From Callorhinchus milii (Eukaryota): DNA of 64,000 nt. Both the position numbers and the translations under genes were made by a program. Below are positions 24,111 to 37,904 of the stretch, piece by piece (the first letter of the stretch is position 1; each line of letters starts with the position of its first letter). The stretch spans positions 22,198,001-22,262,000 of the forward strand of contig NW_024704742.1 of assembly GCF_018977255.1 (NCBI RefSeq), in the 5' to 3' direction. The notes below the pieces were generated by a model that saw nothing but the letters and a program-made list of their open reading frames with translations, was not told the origin of the DNA and did no database searches.

Positions 24111-25671
24111 ACTTATTTGTAGAATAAGGCTTTGGATATCCAAGTTTTAACACATCTGTTATTTTTTGTCGTAGCTTATTCCCTGGAAGATTGTGCAGAT
24201 GTTTTCAATGTCATATTTTTTCACTTGGAATAGTAGGCAAATATGCAGTCCAAATGACAAGGTTATCGAACATGAATAGGAATCCATGTTCCGTCAGTGC
24301 CATTTAATTTTGCTACCCAGGTGTCTGGAAGCTTGCATTTGTAAATCCACCTGAATAAGGGAGAGGAAGGGGTGCTTTGATGACCTAGTCATTATCTCCC
24401 ATGATTGGAAGCTTTCCATTGGCATAAAATGCAATGCACAAAGCGACTGCAACTGAATGACTTCACTTGTTTTCCCTTGACAAAAGCTTTTCTGTAATAT
24501 TTTACAATTTCGAAATAGATTTGGTCTTGACAGCTTGTACTTACAGATCAGCTCATGCTCTTTGAAAGCATCTTATGGCACCTGTGCCTTTAAAAGTCTA
24601 TTCAAGTTGAAATATGGCATTAGCGTAAGGTGACTTGAGCACACAAAAAGAACATTTTTCTTCCCAGATTATCGGTCTTATTGCAACGGTTTACAATGTT
24701 AGGCAATCATAAATTTGTGACTATATCAGAATCATTGTGAAGTTGTGTAGCTTTAGTCAAATGCATACATTTCTTTCTATACTTGCTTTGAACTTGCTAT
24801 GGATTTTAATCTCAAATCCTTTTGGAACAACTCACTGTGGGGAAAATTTTGTATTCTCCAGTAACAGTAAAAATAAATCTTGAATTAGATTGGAAGATTG
24901 CCCAGGAAGATAGATCAGTCCTACTATTGGTTCTGATTACTTACAAATGCTTTCTTTCAGTGATTTACTTCTGTAGCTGATAAATAGATGGCCCATGGAG
25001 TGGATGTACTTAAACAGGTAAAGAAAGACATGGGCTGGTGGTTGTGCATGGACTTGCATGTGGATAAGTGGTATTTAGAACAGTAATTTGGGAATATACA
25101 TCATTCCGATAGCAGCTTCTTTTAATTTTGGGCCCCACACAGCTCAAGCTCTCATCATGCACAACAGAAGAAAGACTAAAGAACTGTGTTGTCTCTGTGA
25201 CCCTTTCTACATTAGAGAAAGCCACGGTGTTCTTTAAAGTGCTATCCTTAACATTTCCCCATCACAATAATTATATTTTATGTTCCTAAAAGGTTTTGCT
25301 TTCAACAATCCTACTACAGATTTCCCCATAAAAAGCAGATGGGCCTGTACCTTGTCATGTTGGAGTGGCCATGCCCAAATACTCCTCTTTTAAACAAGAG
25401 GAGAATGTCTGTGGCTACATGAAACTGCATATCATTAAAATGCATCCCGCATCTTAACACATACATTTGCTCCATTTTTGATGGTTTATTATACAGTCTA
25501 CTAAAATTCAGCCTTATACCGAAACTGATGAATAGCATTGTTTGTTTTCATGATAATAGAATGTATATCAGTTAGTAGCACAGGCTCAATTTGTAACAAC
25601 AAATAACATTTGTTTAATGCCTTTCTAACTAACCTTAAAATTAAAATAGTTATTTAAGTAACCCTGCAATA

Positions 25672-27195
25672 CAACAACAACAACAACAAGATTCCATTTA
25701 TAGAGCGCCTTTCACGTCGGGAGGACGTCCCAAGGCACTGTACAGTTGGGTCAGGACCCGAGCAAGGGGGAAATGGTCAGGGTGAGGGGAGGGAAGGGAG
25801 GGAGCGAGGAGGGGGTAGAGAGTCGTGAGGGGAGCTGAAGGCACAGTCAAAGAGAAAGGTCTTGAGACCAGTCTTGAAGGAGGAAAGGGAGGAGGCGGCG
25901 AAGGCACTGGGGGATAGAGTTCCAGAGCCTCGGTGCTGAGAGGCTGAAGGCCCGGCCACCGATGGTAGGGCGGTTGGGGCGGGGGATGTGGAGCAGACCG
26001 GAGCCAGAGGAACGGAGGGTACGGGCAGGTAGATAGGGTGATAGTAGGTTGGAGAGGTAGGAGGGAGCGAGGCCGTGAATGGCCTTGTAGGTGAGGATGA
26101 GGATCTTGAAATCAATCCTCTGGGGGATGGGGAGCCAGTGGAGGCGAGCGAGGGTGGGAGTGATGTGGTCGCGAAGCCTGGTGCGGGACAGTACACGAGC
26201 TGCAGAGTTCTGAATGACCTGCAGCTTGTGGAGGGAGGTGGCGGGAAGGCCGGCGAGGAGAGAGTTCCCATAGTCCAGCCTTGAGGTGACAAAGGCGTGG
26301 ACCAGAGTTTCAGCAGCGTGAGGGGTGAGGTAGTGCCGTAGTCTGGCGATATGAGCCTGGCGGTGAGAGAAGGCGGTGCCACTTGTGGCGCAGATATGAG
26401 GGAGAAAGGACAGCTCAGGGTCGAACAGAACGCCGAGGTTCCTGACTGGCTTTGAGAGGTGGAGAGTGCAGCCTTGGATGCTGATGCTGTCAGCGCCTGA
26501 GGTGCGGAGGCGCTGACGTGAGCCAATCAGGAGGGCCTCAGTTTTACGCACGTTGAGCTGAAGAAAGTTGTCTCTCGTCCAGGACTCGATGTCGGATAAG
26601 CAGCTGTCAGGACATCAGTGGTCGTGAAGTTGAGGGTAGAGGAGGAAAGGTAGAGTTGGGTGTCATCTGCATACATGTGGAAGTTAACCCCATGTCTGCG
26701 GATGATGTCACCAAGGGGGAGCATATAGAGGGTGAAGAGGAGGGGACCGAGGACAGAGCCTTGAGGGACACCGCACGAGACAGTGTGGGGCTGGAGGAAA
26801 AGCCATTCGTGGAAACAAAGTAAAGACGGTGGGAGAGGTACAACCTAAACCACTCAAGGACAGGGCCTTGAAGGTTGAGGTGGGAGGACAAGCGGTGGAG
26901 GAGGATAGCGTGGTCGACCGTATCGAATGCTCCCGATAGGTCGAGGAGGACGAGGAGGCAGAGGGAGCCTTGGTCGCAGATGGTCAGGATATCATTGGTG
27001 ACCTTGACCAGGGCAGTTTCTGTGCTATGGGCAGCACGGAAACCCGACTGAAGGGGTTCGAATAATGAGTGGGTGGAGAGGAAAGAGCGCAGCTGGGAGG
27101 CGACAACTTGTTCAAGGACCTTGGACAGGAAGGGGAGGTTGGAGATGGGCCGGTAGCTTGATAGCTGCGACGCATCAAGGGAGGGTTTTTTCAGC
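25672..27195 (-). mobile_element. 5'-truncated L2 LINE (RT + C-terminus + 3' tail), few frameshifts, relatively young
   Basis: LKKPSLD...[106 protein letters not shown]. Ends in gggacgtcctcccgacgtgaaaggcgctctataaat...(TTG)n. Confidence 0.95.
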
Positions 27196-28249
27196 CTAAG
27201 ATCACAGTGAGTTAAAAATGTGAAGCGCTTCATTGTTGGCAGCACGGTCGACTGATCAAGACTACATTTCCCGCGATTCAATGCAGCCTGTACGTGTGGG
27301 AGTAATGGAGGATAACAGAGTGGCGTTATGAATTAGGAGATGATTAATACGACTAGTGCAAAGAAATCTAAGTGGTTTTGATAGGAAACTGAATGGGACT
27401 CGGTGCATGTACAACTTAGGCATTTATATGATTTATCAAGATAAGACTCGTGTGACTTTTATTGTTTGCTGTTTGATTAGAAATGGAGATTCTGAGGAGG
27501 CAATGAATAAACAGGATGTATTATTTTTGCACAAGGGGGAAAATAAACAGTTTAGTTGGAGTCATTTTTGCATACAATTTAGACAGGGACTGGGGAGAGA
27601 GGGAAAAATTAAGTATAATTTCGTTTTTCCCAAAAAACTAAAAAAACTAAACTCAGTCTATGAAACCTTTTCTCGTTTGTGGAATGATAAATTATACTTT
27701 AATTAATTGTTCTGAAATTGTGTGATGCTTGGGTGGTAATTTATTTTCTATTAACATGGAGCATTAAACCAACTATTAGACACCTTGTCAAAAACTCTTT
27801 CAGGAACTTTAGTGACACAGAGAATGTTTGAAATGGAAACAGCTTTACATTCACAGGGAATAACAAACAAGAATGGAAGAGACAAGAGCAATCGACACAA
27901 ATCAAGAGACTGTCTTCAAATAATGAGGTAGGTAATTTGTTTTATTCTTGGTTTTCCCACCAAATATACAGTTTCCAGTCACATGGAACAGATCAAATGG
28001 TTTGCTAAATCTAAAAGCCCTAAATCTCATTCAGCTGATGAAGAAATTACACTGCACTGGGGAAAATGGGGACATTCCCATCTTACACAAAGAGGATGTT
28101 GTAATAATTTTTTTTACATAGATACATATACTATCCAAGGACATTTGTGATATTTTATGTGCTTGTGCCTATTGCTCACCAGATTCTCTATTGACAGTCT
28201 CGGGTCAGAACGCCCCATGTTTAATAAACCCAGATCAAAACCTTAGAAT

Positions 28250-28500
28250 GTATCATGATAGTAGAACTAGAGGACATAGGTGTAGTGTTGTAAAGGGAAA
28301 CTTCAGGACAGATGCAAGGAAGTTTTTCTTTATGCAGAGGGTAATCGACCACTGGAACAGGTTGCCGACAAAGGTGGTAAAGGCTAGGACCCTTAAGATT
28401 TATTTTAAAAGCAGCGTGCAGCAGTGATGGGAGGACGGTAGGGTGGGTGTTCTGGAGCGATGAGATCAATTGAGCCAAAGGGCCTTCTTCATCAAGACCA
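28250..28500 (+). mobile_element. CR1 3' fragment
   Basis: SRTRGHRCSVVKGNFRTDARKFFFMQRVIDHWNRLP. Confidence 0.85.
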
Positions 28501-28746
28501 ATCTTGTGATTTTGGTATAAAGGCTTGTTCCATAAGAACGTTGAAAATTGTTGGGACACCATTTTTGATTCAGGTCAAACATACTCAGTGCAAAAAAAAA
28601 ATTCTGAACTCAGGGCAGCATTCTAATGTTACTTTACATTATACCTCCTGAGTTAAACTGGTTCGCTATTTTTCAGTAGTGCAGAAACCTGTGGGCCCAA
28701 CCATTCTGCTGAAGCCAGAGGGACCCCAAATTTCTACCAGTTCATA

Positions 28747-28945
28747 AATAATAATAATAATAATCCTTGCATTTGATATAGCGCCTTATCACATCTTCGA
28801 GATGTCTCAAAGCGCTTCACAGAATATACTGTAAAGTGAATTGACTGTATATTTTGTAAGTGCAGCAACCAATTGCGCACACCAGTGTCCCACAAACAAT
28901 CATGGATTGAAGTGACCAAATTATTATTTTGTTAAGGGATTATTA
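28747..28945 (-). mobile_element. 5'-truncated tRNA-SINE
   Basis: (ATA)n tail plus family body. Confidence 0.8.
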
Positions 28946-30914
28946 AATAACAATAGCATTTGGTACAGCACCTTTCACATGAGGAAATGTCCCGAAGCGA
29001 TTCACAGGATTCTACTGTCAAGTGTATTTGTAGACGAACACAGCAGCTGAATTGCACACAGCAATGTACCCCAGCCATGAAACAAATGACCAATTTTTAT
29101 TTGGAGCAGTGATGGCCAATTTCTTTGGTTGTTCAACAAAATAAATGTTTCTTGATTGAATATGTCTTGATTTATGGCCGTGGTGGCCAACCTTTCTGGT
29201 TCTTGATGCTGACAGGAGATGTCAAAAATGTTCCGTTACCATTATTCCATTATTCATGTATTATTGCATTATTATTTTGTTGTTAAAATCGTCTACCCTT
29301 TTATGAAGGTGGAAAGCTATTTCCTAATTAAGACTGAATTTCAGAATTATCTAAATTTCTGCACAATCACAATTTTTTCAGGCGATGATCTTAAGGCTAG
29401 TATCATGAAGAATTGTCATGTATAGAATTGTGATTTAGCAGATTAATATGTAGAATTTTTTAGGATACTTCAATTGTAAAACTGTTTACATAAACTACAG
29501 AGAAATTACATTTAGCCATAGCCTTTATACAAGGCTTCTTTCACAGAACAAAATGTTGAAGTACTTTCTCTTGTGTTACTGTAAAGTTGAAATATCTTAA
29601 TTCTGAAATAAAGCAATTCAATACTTGGCCCTAATGGAATCGAATAAAGTGCCACAATTATGGTTTAACAATATCTCAATATTTGCTTGAAAGATTAAAT
29701 TAAGACCAAATAGAACGCTATGCTAAACTGTAAAAAAAAATAAAAATAAGAGTGGATTATTAACGTAAATCAAAGATTATTGGCAAATTGTTTTGTGAGT
29801 ATAAAAACTGTAAAATATTCTTCTAATAGGGAGCACTTGCTGTAAGATAATGCTTGGGAGAAAACAAATATATATAAATATATATGTAATGAAAAATGAC
29901 TGTTTCCGGAGGGGGAACACTAAACACTATTCTACATTTACATTAAATGGGAAAACATTGGGTTGAAATTAGGAAATAGCTAGCAGGAGATATTCTTGTG
30001 AATTGAATTGCATGCATTAATACAAATTTAATAATGAACCCTTTGGCAGAAAGCTATGGAAATAATTTGTTTCATTGAAAATTGCCATTCAGGCCTTGCT
30101 GCTTAATCGGAACATAATTAGCAGATACAACTGTACATGTCAAGTATTACATTTTGATCTAAGAGTTAAATACAAGTATTAGCTCATGCTTTAAAAAACT
30201 GAACATAATTATTGAGGAGGTGACATCATTAATCTGATTCTGAATTGCATTTGGGCAAAAAGTGAAACGAAATTGTTTCACTATTTCTCACATAGATTTT
30301 GCTAATGATTTCTTATTTATACATGATTAGTTTATTTTTCTTTATGTGTTTCTCTTTATCACAGAACAGTGATATTTGACTTAGTGGGAACACTCTGCTC
30401 TTTGGGGACTTTCAGGGACTTTGAACTCACAGTTGTAGCCTGACCCTCCAATACAGTCCTGGGGATGTGCTGCAGTACTGGAAGTGCCATCCTCAATCAC
30501 ACGAAGAAATTCTTCTTGGTTCCAGTTACCTCTATAAGCCACCTTCTGCACTGTTACTTGTGTGTAGTTCATTCTGAAACGTGCTTATCCACAGCTAAAA
30601 ATGAGTTAACATCCATATACTAAACTGTAAGCTACAAAAAGTTTCCATTTTTGGTTAGCAATTTTTCCACCATTTTTAGACACCATTTTTAGACAGATAT
30701 TAAAAATTGGAGGAAATGGTTTTACTCATGTATTTCTTTCTAAGGATGTTTGTGCTGGATAATTTATGCAATTCTATACACCCAGTTTGAGAATAAATTT
30801 CTCTCAAGTCGTATAGCAAAGATTAGCTGCAGAATAAAGCTTTTTGTGGATTGCCCTGAATAAAGTGCCTTGGTCCCAATTTCAGAGTGGAGGTGGGATG
30901 ATGACAAAATGCAC

Positions 30915-31090
30915 GGTCAAAGAGGAAGGTCTTGAGATGGGCCTTGAAGGAGGCAAAGGAGGGGGCGAGGCACACAGACTTTAGGATGCAGTTCCAGAGG
31001 ATGGAGGCGGAGAGGCTGAAAGCCCGACCACCGACGGTAGGGTGGGCAGGGCAGGGAATATGGAGCAGGTCAATGCCTGATGAGTGGAGA
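30915..31090 (-). mobile_element. L2 3' fragment
   Basis: gaggaaggtcttgagatgggccttgaaggaggc...gctgaaagcccgaccaccgacggtagg, colinear with 25850-25990. Confidence 0.8.
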
Positions 31091-31208
31091 GCTTACCAGG
31101 TTGGTAAGGTTAACCATTACTATTTGTTATTTAACTAATACATTGGCCAATTGTCCTTTTATTGTCTGGGACCTGAATTTGAATGCTGACAGGATAAAAT
31201 ACACTGGT

Positions 31209-31362
31209 CAAAACACAAAATACTGTAGATGCTGGAATCTGAAACAAAAACAGAGAGAGCAGGGAAAACTCAGCAGGTCAGGCAGCATCTATGGAGAAAG
31301 GAAAGTGAGTCAACGTTTCGGGTCCACTACCCTTCGTATTTTCCCAGCTCTCTGTTTTTGTT
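31209..31362. mobile_element. Second, internally deleted copy of the same Penelope-like fold-back element
   Basis: Left arm is closely similar to 5575-5700, with a short inverted right end. Flanked by TAAAATACA(C/T)TGGT (31195-31208, 31363-31376). Confidence 0.75.
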
Positions 31363-33283
31363 TAAAATACATTGGTTGTTGACTTTAAAGGTCCTATTTG
31401 AATTTAGTTTGAGCAGTCAGACCCCTGTCCCAGTTGGTACAAGAACACAGCTAAGAGGACGCTAACTCAGTGCAATTTGTCAATCTCATTCCGTAAGGTT
31501 CATTGGGATAAGGAGTGTAAACCTTTCCACTGACTAATTTCCCTGCTCCTCTACATTAAAGATCCATGCTACCAGCCTCCCCATTCTCCCTCTGCCCACC
31601 CCCCCACCCCAACAAGATTTACTCATCCCAGTTTACTATCTGCAAATTTCATGGTTCAATGGTCCCAGCTTTCCTGTTTCCCCCACATCAAGGCTCACTA
31701 ATTGCACCTCCTCTTTCATTCCAGGACTCAATTTTCCAGCCTCCCTACCTAGATGCCGCCTCTCAAATTGAATCTCAGTGCTTTGAAAAGTAACCATTCC
31801 ATTATTATTATTGTTGTTGTTTCCTGGCATGCCTCAAACAGTCACAGATATTTTGATAGAATTTTCTGCTGCCTGTGTTTTCAGGATTATTTCCCAAGAC
31901 ACCCAAAGTACTTGCTTCTTGCTACAAGCTTTTCATTACATTTCCTTGAGTTCCTTCTGAAAAAGACTCCCGAAACATAACTTAGACCCTGTTGTATGTT
32001 TGTCTGGCATTGGAGAGTGCATTGGTTGTTATATCCAATCAAAGGTCCACTCTCTGAAGAACATTGATGAGCCTTACGGGTTCCCATTTACTAACTGTAC
32101 AGTTATTAATAATGATGCAGAATTGACCTACAATTCATCCCTTTAAGAGTAATGGTCAATTTGAGAAGAACCAATGAAATAGAAATAGGAAGTGTAAAAG
32201 GGACACTGGAAAGAGAGCTAGTGTGTATGGGTTATGGTTGGAGTATTGGATTGTTGTGGGTTGATAATAAAGAAACTACCTAACACATATGCTTTGAATT
32301 GAGAATCAATACAATCCACACTCCCATTCTCTTTAGTTCTGTTGTTAGCATTTACCATAGATTTTGTGTACATCATGTACATGGTTTGCAGAATAAAATC
32401 CAGGATACCTAAAATACCCACAAATGTCCCTGAGAGGGAAACAATTATTACCTCAAATTGTTTTAATTACTTTGCACCTTTGCAGACAATATCAGAGACC
32501 AAACTGAACGCAAACCTTCAAATAGTCATTTGGGTTAGCAGCAACAACAGTAAGAGAACAGTACTTTATAACTGTCAGTTTAGCTCAGTGGGATAGAAAT
32601 ATAACTACAAATAATGTCTGAAGTGTGTTTGATGTACATTGTGGTTTCCTTTCCATCTCTGTGATATATATCTTCAACAAGGAAACAAGACATTTTGGAT
32701 ACGTTTCATTTCTTTTTCCCCCATTTTTCCTTTTAGAAGAAATGGGGGGGAGGTGGTGGGGGAGGAGGCGGCTTGGTGGGGGGGTAGAAGCTGCAGATAT
32801 TTATTTTGTAAAGTGTATGAAGCAAATAAAACGTTAAAATGAATAATAGAGAAATCCTTGAACTTCTTAAAAGAATACTTTCTTCCCCTTTTCCGCTCCC
32901 CCAGGTTTCTGTGAAGAATGGCAAGGTTTTCTTTTGAAATGATAGATGAAGTTATTTATGTGTTACTTCAATTTCTGCTAATCAAACATGCATTTGTTAA
33001 ATAAAGAAATATATCTCTTGTTTAAAACAATATGATTTGGGAAATTGACTTATGATGAAAAGCTTTAAGTTTAACGCTAGATTGTAATTCACAGATCAGG
33101 ACTGTATGGCAGAAGGTTGTAGAAATCAAGTTTGTCATAATGATTCATCACGTAACTAGTTTCCTCAGTCAAAGGCTGGTTGTTTTTTATGTGGATTTTG
33201 ATGAGAGGATAAGAATGCCAGGGGCCAATCCAGTCTATCTCTCCCCCTCTCTCTCCCGCACATACACACAGCTCCAAGTGGAT

Positions 33284-33450
33284 GATAATAATATAATAAT
33301 CTTTACATTTGCCGTAACGCTTTATCACAAAGTCAAAACATCTCAAAGAGCTTCCTTGGATTAACTGTGACACTTTGTAGTGACAGTGTATTTGTAGGCA
33401 AAATCAGCAGCCAATTTGTGCATAGCAATGTCCCACAAAAAGCATTTTTT
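33284..33450 (-). mobile_element. SINE 3' fragment
   Basis: Family tail and body (cagccaatttgtgcatagcaatgtcccacaaa). Confidence 0.65.
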
Positions 33451-35025
33451 TAATCTGGCGGATTGAAGGCCAAGAACCTGGGAAAAACACCCCTCTCGTT
33501 TTGAATAGTGCCTTGTCTGCCTGAAAAAGTAGCTCAAGAACAGGATAGAAATAACCCCAGAGAAGATTGCTCACTACCCTTTCAATAAGTAATGACATTG
33601 GAGACGAAGTAATGAAGGGGATGAAACAAATTAAAATATATAGTTGAAGGAATTAAGCAATTTTATTGGTTATTTTCCTTCTAGTAGGAAATTTCCACCA
33701 CTTTCATTTGGCATATCCTTCTCTTGCTTGAATTTCTGCCCTCCATTGTAGTTATTTGAATACAGACTATTTTTTTGCATGGTATCTAAAGCCACAAAGG
33801 TATCTGTATGAAGGTATCATTTATGAAAGCATTTTTTCTTCTTGGAGGCAATTTAATATATGATTGTAAACCAACACATACCACATCCTCGTTTTTATCA
33901 TGGGAATGGATAATCATTTGGGTCAACCCAACAAGTGTTTCATAAATTTCTGAGTGCAAATATATAATTACAATAATTGCTATGTTTAAGTATAATTAGA
34001 TCACTGACTACAATACTGGAAGTGGATATGTTTCAAAAACACAATATAAAATGAGTGGTCTTATAGTTAATTCGTGAAATGATATGATCCACTGTGCTGC
34101 TGTTATAATTATATAAACACAAGTTATTATTACAACTGCATTAATTAAAGCTGGAGCCTCAAGTCAAACACAGTCAAACCAGCAGAATGTAGTAGTAGCT
34201 TACATTTATTGTAAATGTCCTGTAAAGGAATACTACCAGACTGAGGAAATGAAAGCACAGGCGAAGCAGTCATGTAAATCCTGATTGTTTCCCTTTGCAC
34301 TATTCTGGGCACAAAAAGATCCATTTCAGATTGAAAGTGTTAAAACGGTTCGTCGTTTTCGTCCCCCACCCCCACCCCACCACCCCCCCACCACCACCTC
34401 CCCTCCCCCGCCCCCACTGAACTTGTGAAGATGAAAGATAATGAGTAATGGTTGAGGGAAAAGCACTAATGGACAGAAGAGAGGACATTATTCTGTCCTG
34501 GATAATTCATTCAATGAGATCATCATGCATTGGTGACACCGTGTATGTCATGAGTTGGATGGTGGTAGCAGCTGTAACTAAAGATATTGGAGATCATATT
34601 ATGGTAAGAAGGGAAGGAGCTAGGTAATTCAGCTCAACATTAAATTAAATTAACGTGACATATTAGCCTAGTTACTATAGTAGTGCTGGACTCTTTGGAT
34701 TCAACTCAACTGATATTCAAAAACTGTTTTCACTGAGTGAGTTTTCAATCACTGAGATTGGTTTCCCTGACTGAGTTTTTAGGCAGGTTATTTTATCCAA
34801 AATCTTTGAGTCAAATCCTTAATGATACTTATTAATCCTTATACGGTACATCACTATTTCTACAACAAACACATAGTATTGATATATGTTCCTTACTCAG
34901 GGAAAGATTAATTTCTAATAATGTACAATAAACAACCTAAATAAAACTGTTCCACTATCTATGCATTCTGATGTAACTGAGCCACATTTGTGCAGTATTC
35001 TGTTGTAATCAAATTGGTATCAAGT

Positions 35026-35340
35026 GGAGTCCTGTAGCTCAGCGGTTAGAGCACTTGCCTTGCAAGCGAGAGACCTGGGTTTGATTCCTGGCAGGGCGAA
35101 ACCTTGGACAAGTTTCCGTACTCCACACGCCTGATAATAATTCCTCAAGAAAAAAAAACAATAATAATTTGGTCACTCATTCCATGGCTGTTTGTGGGAC
35201 ACTGCTGTGCATAATTGGCTGCTGCGTTTCGCGAACAAATATACAGTTATATCACTTTACAGTATATTCTGTGAAACGCTTTGAGATGTCTCGAAGACAT
35301 GAAAAGCGCTATATCAAATACAAGGATTATTATTATTATT
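35026..35340 (+). mobile_element. tRNA-derived SINE (TCGAA-loop subfamily)
   Basis: Full head; tail ttgagatgtctcgaagacatgaaaagcgctatatcaaatacaaggattattatt. Confidence 0.9.
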
Positions 35341-37106
35341 AAGTCTCAGACTTGCTCCTTACATAATGTGAAATAGTACTTGTGAAGCACTGAATGGGAT
35401 AAACTTATTTTTTATATCCAAATACAGTATGTTAAATACATTGTTTTTTCATTGCCATGACTTATATACACTCGGATTCAACTGTATGTTCTATGATCTT
35501 ACCTTTCACTAAGCATTCTGCTGACATGCTAAGGGGTTGCATTCAGCTGTGTTCATGGCCATATAATCCAGCCACTGATGTCAAGCTCTGTAGGATAGAT
35601 CCGATCTTCATTTTGCTGCACAATAGGAGCCATTTTTTAAAAAGTGTAAACTATCTACATGCTGTACAGTTGATTTAGCACAACAGCTCAGAAATGTGAT
35701 TTGAAACATTGGCAGGTAAAATCATAAGGTAGCCAGTCTCAAGAAGAAAACAGCATGAGAGCAATCTACCAAAAAGAATTCCTAGCATACAATATGTACA
35801 ATTGTAAAGGCTCACAGTCAGTTTACACACAATGTTGCTGTAATTCACTTTCTCATTTATGACAAGAAAATTCATTTTGAATTTCAGTGCTGTTTACTTT
35901 GTTTCCAGCCAATTTTAAAATGTAGTGATGACACTTTAAAAAAACCTTATTTTTTTCTTTGATACTAAAGATTTTTTTTAAAAAGCATAAAGGGGTTACT
36001 TTTCACATATCTAAAATATTGTGTTTGCAACATTGCTGCTTATTTTACAATTACTCATTCCTTCACTTCTGCCTTCTAACATTTTAAAAGCATCAAAACA
36101 AATTATAGTTTAAAAACAGCTGGGAAGCTTCTGTTGGGTTGTCTGACGTAATCAGTTTATGTAACCCTGTTGCAGATTGACACATAAATCATCTCTTATC
36201 CACAACAGATTTAGATTTTCATCTTTGCCTTCAACTTGCTCTATTTTGTAGAATTGGTGTCCTCGAAAGCGCTGAAGTTGGCAAATTACTTTGAACTTAA
36301 AGGGGTATTGTATTCATGAGCGTGTTGTTGCCTTTGTTTGTTTGTTTGTTTGTTTGGGAAGGGAAAAGAGCCAGAAGAGGTTTGCATCAATTTTCATCAC
36401 ACTGACACTACACATGTGTTTTGATACGATTTTTGTCTGTTCTTAAATTTAGAAAGGAATTTTAAAAGGTTTTCCAAAACTGTTTGATAGTGATGGTGTG
36501 CCCTTTAAATGTAATTCCAGATGAGTACATATTTGCTCATAAATATCTGAAGTTAATCACAACTTCTTTTTATGGTCTAACAAGCACCACAAGGTCAAGG
36601 GAAGTTCTACCAGAATATCAGAACCTCAAATGAACTTCCAATTTCAGAATAAAATAGTATTTGAAGCAACAAATCACTCAGGTCAACGTTACTGTCTGTA
36701 AACAAGACAGAGTTAACATAAAAGATGTTTTAGAAAGCAAGTCTGTGGTTTAGATTGAGGAAGTGTCCAGCTAGACTCCATGATGTCCAAATAGCACTGG
36801 AGGACACCCACATGGAGAAATTCAGCTGCTTCCAACGCTCAGGGCCAAATATGCTCAAGGATAGAGGGAAGCTTTTTTTTTGCAGTAAATCTTTGTGATA
36901 TGCTTGATGAACCCAATTTGTATGTTACAACCTAAATTCTACTTAGTTCTTCATGGCATATTTTTTCTTCAGCAAAAAAAAAGTTTTGCAAGCATTCCAG
37001 ATTGAAGGTAAAAGGGAAATACGAAGAGGGTGAAGATTACATTGGTCTCATAGATACTTATCAATGCCATCAACCCAACACCAATTTGTGCTTAGACACT
37101 GGCATG

Positions 37107-37540
37107 TGTCAGCTTGGCTCAGTTGAATGTCACCTTGGCTCAGTCGCTAGCACTATTGCTTCCAAGTCAAAAGGTTGTAGGTTCAAGCCCCACATTAGTA
37201 CTTTGAGCTAATAGTTTAGGCTGAAACTTCAGTTGCTGTGCTAGGGACTGCTGCACTGTCAGAGGGGCTGTCCTTCTGTTAAACTGAGATCACATCTGCA
37301 TGTTCAGATTCATTTTAAAGATCCCTTGGCATTATTAGAAAAGACAAAACAACTTTCTCCTGGTATCCTGGCGAACAATCTCCCAGATAAAATTGGCTAT
37401 TCACTTCATGGCTGTTTGTGGGATAGCCACTGGCTGCCAAATATACAGACACTACATTTTACAATAATTTCCTGTGAAGTGCTTTGACATATCTCAACCA
37501 CATGATATCAAATGCAAGCATTATTATTATTATTATTATT
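37107..37540 (+). mobile_element. tRNA-headed Deu-domain-like SINE (near full length, duplicated 5' start)
   Basis: cttggctcagt...aaggttgtaggttcaagcccc head; gctgcactgtcagaggggctgtc...aaagatcccttggcattatt core; (TTA)n tail. Confidence 0.7.
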
Positions 37541-37904
37541 ATGCTCACTTATGAGCGTTGGACATGGGAGCAGCCAGCAGATTTACATTTTTTGACATTT
37601 GGTGACGATTTCTTGAAAAATAGAGAAGACAGTGCTTGTGATGGATTTTCCTCTCCTTGTAAAAAAAGGACTGAAATGGGAGGGAAGCATCCACATCTCC
37701 CAGATCAATACTTCCTCTCTGAAGTCATCAAAGCAAAGGTGCAATGTTATCACTTATCAAAGAGGATATTTATTTTTTTAAAAGAACAAAACAGCCTCCT
37801 GTGCTAGATGAGGCAAGAGTCTAGAAATACATTTTAAATCTCCTTTGGGGTCATTTTTCTTAAAGAAACAAAGAAAAGTGACTGTTTCTGTGCTGTACGT
37901 TACT

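Noticed and set aside
24200..25540. Short - strand ORFs (25010-25225, 25314-25538) as a hidden gene
   Set aside because: No recognisable homology, frequent stops, and no consistent splice structure.
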